From Elusimicrobia bacterium RIFCSPLOWO2_02_FULL_39_32 (GTDB lineage Bacteria; Elusimicrobiota; Elusimicrobia; 2-02-FULL-39-32), in assembly GCA_001800135.1 (NCBI GenBank), contig MGUU01000002.1:2388-66387 (forward strand): a stretch of 64,000 nt of DNA. The letters run 5' to 3'. How positions within the stretch are numbered: position 1 is the first letter of the stretch; each line of letters starts with the position of its first letter. Of the stretch, positions 60,558 to 64,000 are shown piece after piece. Made by a program: the position numbers and the translations under genes. A model generated the notes under the pieces. It was not told the origin of the DNA. It saw only the letters and a list, made by a program, of their open reading frames with translations, and did no database searches.

Positions 60558-62861
60558 TTAAGCCATGGGTTCATGAGCAATTTCCTCCGAAGGTATGGAC
60601 TCTTTGGGAACGGATTCTATTTGAGAAATCGCAGTAATTATGTTGGCCGCCCACCGATAGATATTTCTATCCTGAACAATAGCGCGCATCTGTTTCATTC
60701 TTCTTGATCTTTCTACCGAATCCATCATCAAAGCAAGGCGAATTGATTCTGCCACTTCTTCTATATCGTATGGGTTTACAATCAACGCCTCTTTAAGTTC
60801 ACGGCTGGCTCCTGTAAATTGGCTTAAGATCAGTACCCCATCCTCATCGCCTCTAGTGGCAATAAATTCTTTAGCAACTAAGTTCATGCCGTCATGCAAA
60901 GAGGTCACCAAACATAAATCAGCCGCTTTATAAAAAGGGAGAATTTCTTCGTGGCTGTGGTGCGCTTTTAGAAAAAGGATGGGTTTCCACTCCTTTGTTT
61001 GAAGCTTCCAGTTAATTTCATCCACGGTTTTTTCAACTTCCGCAATGAAATCGTGATATTTCTGAATATGTGTTCTTGAGGGAGCGCCCAACTCAATAAA
61101 AGTAAATTTCCCAATATATTGTGGGTATTTAGCAAAGAACCTCTCGACCGCTTTAAAGCGTTCCACGATCCCTTTGGTATAATCCAGACGATCCACTCCC
61201 ACTCCAATAGTTTCCGTATGAATCCCATAATCTTTGGAAAGAGATTCCAATATTCTTGCTTTATTTGTTTCCGGAGAAACTTCACCTTGAGTGAAAGAGG
61301 TTTCCATGGGTGAAGATACACTAATGGGAAATGGTTTGACAGAAGTCGTGTGTCCTAATCTTTGAACGGAAAAATTTTCCCAATTCACTTTTGATTCCAA
61401 AACATTGTCAACCGTATCTAAAAAATTGTTGCAATGAAATTGAATGTGAAATCCAAGAATATCTGCGCCTAACATTCCTAACAATATCTCTTGTTTCCAA
61501 GGACAAATGCTGAAAGATTCTGGGTTAGGCCATGGAATATGCCAAAAAACAGCGATATGTACATCTGGCCGTTTCTTCCGAATGAGAAGGGGAAGCAGCG
61601 CAAAGTGATAATCTTGGATTAAAATGAGCGGGCATTCTTCGTTTTTTATCTCTTCCAAAAGAGTGTCTGCAAATTTTTGGTTCACTTTCTGATATTGAAT
61701 CCAATCTTCCAGACGAAATGTGGGTCTTGTGTGAGTAATATGACAAAGCGGCCAAAGTCCCTCATTAGAAAAACCATAGTAGTGACCGTCTTCTTCTTCT
61801 TTGCTAAGCCAGATCCGTTTAAGAGTGTAAGCAGGTTCGTTTGGCGGAACTTTAAGTTTATCTTGTGAATCGCAAACTTCACGGTCACTATCGCCTGCTC
61901 CATGAGCAATCCATATTCCTCCGCAAGCTCGCATCACTGGCTCTAAAGCAGTCACTAACCCACTTGCAGGAACAATACATTCAACCTTTCTTTTTTGTTT
62001 TACATGCATGTATGGCTCTCGGTTAGAAATTAAAAATAGAGTTTTTTCTCCTAACTTATTGCGAACATGTTCTTTCAACTTTTCTGGGGTCCATACCGAT
62101 TCAGAAGAAAGTCTAAGCCGAGCCTCCTGTTCTGCTGCTGCCCGCGCTGTTGTAAGACTCTTTGCCAACTGTCTCACTTCAGAAGCCAAAGGCCCTAAAA
62201 CATCCCCCCTAGGCAAATGAGTTAACTGATTATTTTCTCCCAACCTTAATTCTTTAATCCAATCTGCAATTTGGGCGATGGGGCCGGTAATACTCCAGCG
62301 AACAACAATGAGAGTTGTGATCACAATCAGAAAAGACAAAATAAGAAGGCGAATAAAATTGTTTCCCCAAATCTCTTTTATTCGAGTGTCAATGTAGGCG
62401 GAATCATGCAAAAGCATAAGAGCTCCTGAAACACTGCTATCTTCATCCTGAACAATGGGAGTAATATGATAGTAGATATGCCTTTGCTCAATTTTTTTAA
62501 AAAAACTTTTATTTTGACCCTCTTGTATTGCTTGAATAATTTCAGAAGAAAGTTGCTTGAAACTTTCAGGCAAACCTGAAGTTTGGGAAAGAATTTGACT
62601 GTCCGCATTATAAATAATAACTCCCAACAACCGCTCTCGGTTACCAAACCGATCCACTAATTTAGTTAGCTTTGATGGGTTATTGCTTTTTAGAATAAGC
62701 AAAACAGATTCTTTCAAACTTTCCGACAAAACAATATTCTTACGTTCTAACTCATCTACTAAACGTTTCTTCTCAGCTCTAGCTTGTAAGAATGAAAAAA
62801 GCGCTGCCACAGAAGCAGCGACAATGATAAGGGATATAATCAACCGCAGGGTAATTTTCAT
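60558..62861 (-). CDS. otsA: Trehalose-6-phosphate synthase (GT20) with an N-terminal ~280-aa two-TM sensor-like/HAMP extension
   Basis: OtsA core (FSNEGLWPLCH, GT20 motifs). N-terminal TM1, a periplasmic-like domain, TM2 and an amphipathic HAMP-like helix (TGPIAQIADWIKELRLG). Confidence 0.85.
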   Translation of the reverse strand: MKITLRLIISLIIVAASVAALFSFLQARAEKKRLVDELERKNIVLSESLKESVLLILKSNNPSKLTKLVDRFGNRERLLGVIIYNADSQILSQTSGLPESFKQLSSEIIQAIQEGQNKSFFKKIEQRHIYYHITPIVQDEDSSVSGALMLLHDSAYIDTRIKEIWGNNFIRLLILSFLIVITTLIVVRWSITGPIAQIADWIKELRLGENNQLTHLPRGDVLGPLASEVRQLAKSLTTARAAAEQEARLRLSSESVWTPEKLKEHVRNKLGEKTLFLISNREPYMHVKQKRKVECIVPASGLVTALEPVMRACGGIWIAHGAGDSDREVCDSQDKLKVPPNEPAYTLKRIWLSKEEEDGHYYGFSNEGLWPLCHITHTRPTFRLEDWIQYQKVNQKFADTLLEEIKNEECPLILIQDYHFALLPLLIRKKRPDVHIAVFWHIPWPNPESFSICPWKQEILLGMLGADILGFHIQFHCNNFLDTVDNVLESKVNWENFSVQRLGHTTSVKPFPISVSSPMETSFTQGEVSPETNKARILESLSKDYGIHTETIGVGVDRLDYTKGIVERFKAVERFFAKYPQYIGKFTFIELGAPSRTHIQKYHDFIAEVEKTVDEINWKLQTKEWKPILFLKAHHSHEEILPFYKAADLCLVTSLHDGMNLVAKEFIATRGDEDGVLILSQFTGASRELKEALIVNPYDIEEVAESIRLALMMDSVERSRRMKQMRAIVQDRNIYRWAANIITAISQIESVPKESIPSEEIAHEPMA

Positions 62862-63234
62862 TTTTTGGGAGAACTTTGATCCTTCTCTTTATTTTTTCTG
62901 CCGCTAATGGCAACGTATAGGACAAACCAGAGGAAGACTCCAATCAGAACAAAAACTGGCCATTCTTGAGAAAAATTAAAATGCATTCTTTTATTCCTCC
63001 AATGAAGCCCTTTTATTTTTCTACAAAAAATAAAAAAGCCGCTCACCTTAAGGCAACTCAAAACCTTAAAGTGATGGCGGCCCGACCATCTTATTGTTTA
63101 ACCTCCAAGAACTTGAACTTAAATTCTTGGACCCTTTTCCTAACCTAATTTATAGCATGGTTTCTCTAGAATTACAACCCTATTCTTTCTCTTTGATGTC
63201 GCATTGGATTCTGATGAAGTGAGGAAAACTCCCT

Positions 63235-63573
63235 CTAGCTTTTGTTAGCGCGGTACATGACAACATTCACGCTTTCCAACGTAATAAGGCCTTCTTGCAC
63301 CATTGAATCTAAGGAGGGTAAAAAACGGTTTATTTTTTCTTCGCTATCTACAATTTCTATGATGATAGGTAAATCTTCTGACAAACGCAGTAACTTAGCT
63401 GTATGCATGTGGCTTTTGCAGCCAAATCCCATGAAACCTTTAATCGCAGTGGCTCCGGCCATCCCTTCTTTTTTTGCTAAATGAATAAGCGCTTCATAAA
63501 GAGGCTGACTTTGCCACACGTCTCTTTCCCCTATAAATATTCTTAAAAGTTTTCCATTCGATGGTATTTTCAT
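63235..63573 (-). CDS. DUF190 (PII-like) protein, of the type typically associated with crcB/fluoride response
   Basis: LLRIFIGERDVWQSQPLYEALI...GATAIKGFMGFG. Confidence 0.75.
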   Translation of the reverse strand: MKIPSNGKLLRIFIGERDVWQSQPLYEALIHLAKKEGMAGATAIKGFMGFGCKSHMHTAKLLRLSEDLPIIIEIVDSEEKINRFLPSLDSMVQEGLITLESVNVVMYRANKS

Positions 63574-63600
63574 TCCTTATTTACCTCCATAAAGGTTCTA

Positions 63601-63670
63601 CCCGAAACTTGCATTAGAAAATGAGAACTGAGACGGAAAAGATAGCCAATTTCTAATGCCAACATTCGGG
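63601..63670. repeat. MITE-like palindromic element, copy D (minimal 70-bp form). It is flanked by 5-bp direct repeats TTCTA at 63596-63600 and 63671-63675.
   Basis: Termini CCCGAAACTTGCATTAGAAAATG ... TTTCTAATGCCAACATTCGGG. Core GAGAACTGAGACGGAAAAGATAG. The right-hand repeat overlaps the crcB stop codon. Confidence 0.7.
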
Positions 63671-63672
63671 TT

Positions 63673-64000
63673 CTATACTAATTCAGCCGCAATTTGTCCA
63701 AGATAAAATAAAAATAGCCCGAACACAAAACTTCCCATCCCATTTAGAATCGCTTTCAATAATTCCCCATCTTTAAGGAGATTAACAGTTTCTAAAATAA
63801 GAGTAGAAAATGTGGTGAAGGCGCCGCAAAATCCAACCATGAGTAAAATTCTTGCATTTGGGTTCAATAAAAATTTTACTTCAGCCAAAGCATTCAAAAA
63901 ACCAATCAGAAAACATCCGGATAAATTTACCGCTAATGTGCCATAAGGAAAATTGCTGCCAAAAAATTTGTAAACTAATCCCGCTAGCACATAACGGGAA
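63673..64000 (-). CDS. crcB: Fluoride ion channel CrcB/Fluc. The 5' end may lie beyond the window, since the in-window start is a GTG at 63990.
   Basis: GTLAVNLSGCFLIGFL and FCGAFTTFSTL motifs. Confidence 0.8.
   Translation of the reverse strand, partial: SRYVLAGLVYKFFGSNFPYGTLAVNLSGCFLIGFLNALAEVKFLLNPNARILLMVGFCGAFTTFSTLILETVNLLKDGELLKAILNGMGSFVFGLFLFYLGQIAAELV

Noticed and set aside
62858-63061. 67-aa ORF overlapping the otsA start by 4 nt.
   Set aside because: No RBS or domain evidence. Possibly a small membrane protein, but unsupported.
63601-63670. Possible fluoride (crcB) riboswitch between crcB and DUF190.
   Set aside because: Neither strand has the GGnGAUG...CUGAUGA consensus. The sequence is clearly a member of the MITE-like repeat family.
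1-64000. Searched for CRISPR arrays, rRNA and tRNA genes.
   Set aside because: No arrays of regularly spaced direct repeats. No rRNA-like conserved blocks. No convincing tRNA cloverleaf in the short intergenic regions.

Overview
This 64 kb window looks chromosomal and comes from a low-GC, lysine-rich bacterium with dense coding on both strands. The housekeeping backbone contains gspE/pilB (partial), gatB, a phosphohexomutase, eno-ftsB, queG/queE, rpe, rpsP-trmD-rplS-rnhB-yraN-comM, lexA-dinB, engB and recQ. Accessory modules are interleaved with it. (1) An envelope-stress operon: ECF sigma, ZAS anti-sigma, a Spy/CpxP-like protein and TolC-MacA-MacB. (2) A PiT transporter next to an unusual PqqD-like + radical-SAM + ArsM (As(III) methyltransferase) fusion. 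A separate downstream operon follows: sugar dehydrogenase, GH63-like hydrolase, DUF3047, DedA and a flavin disulfide reductase. (3) A second ECF/ZAS pair, divergent from a CDGSH protein and a GalT-like gene. A MerA-less mer-like operon follows. It has a Hg-type MerR with the exact Cys85/120/129 spacing, an unannotated 40-aa CC-CC peptide, a MerT-MerP fusion, a 14-Cys protein and a thioredoxin-fold protein. (4) A HigB/HigA toxin-antitoxin pair. (5) A 2449-aa giant ORF with an unprecedented domain order: signal peptide, proline-dehydrogenase-like TIM barrel, phosphoglycerate-kinase-like domain, HAD phosphatase and membrane segments. (6) A trehalose locus with treT, otsB and an otsA carrying an N-terminal transmembrane/HAMP sensor extension. 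(7) crcB and a DUF190 gene. A family of MITE-like palindromic elements has at least four copies. Their inverted termini are CCCGAA(G)...(C)TTCGGG, their flanking direct repeats are 5 bp, and three copies sit exactly at the stop codon of the upstream gene. No rRNA, tRNA or CRISPR array was recognised.
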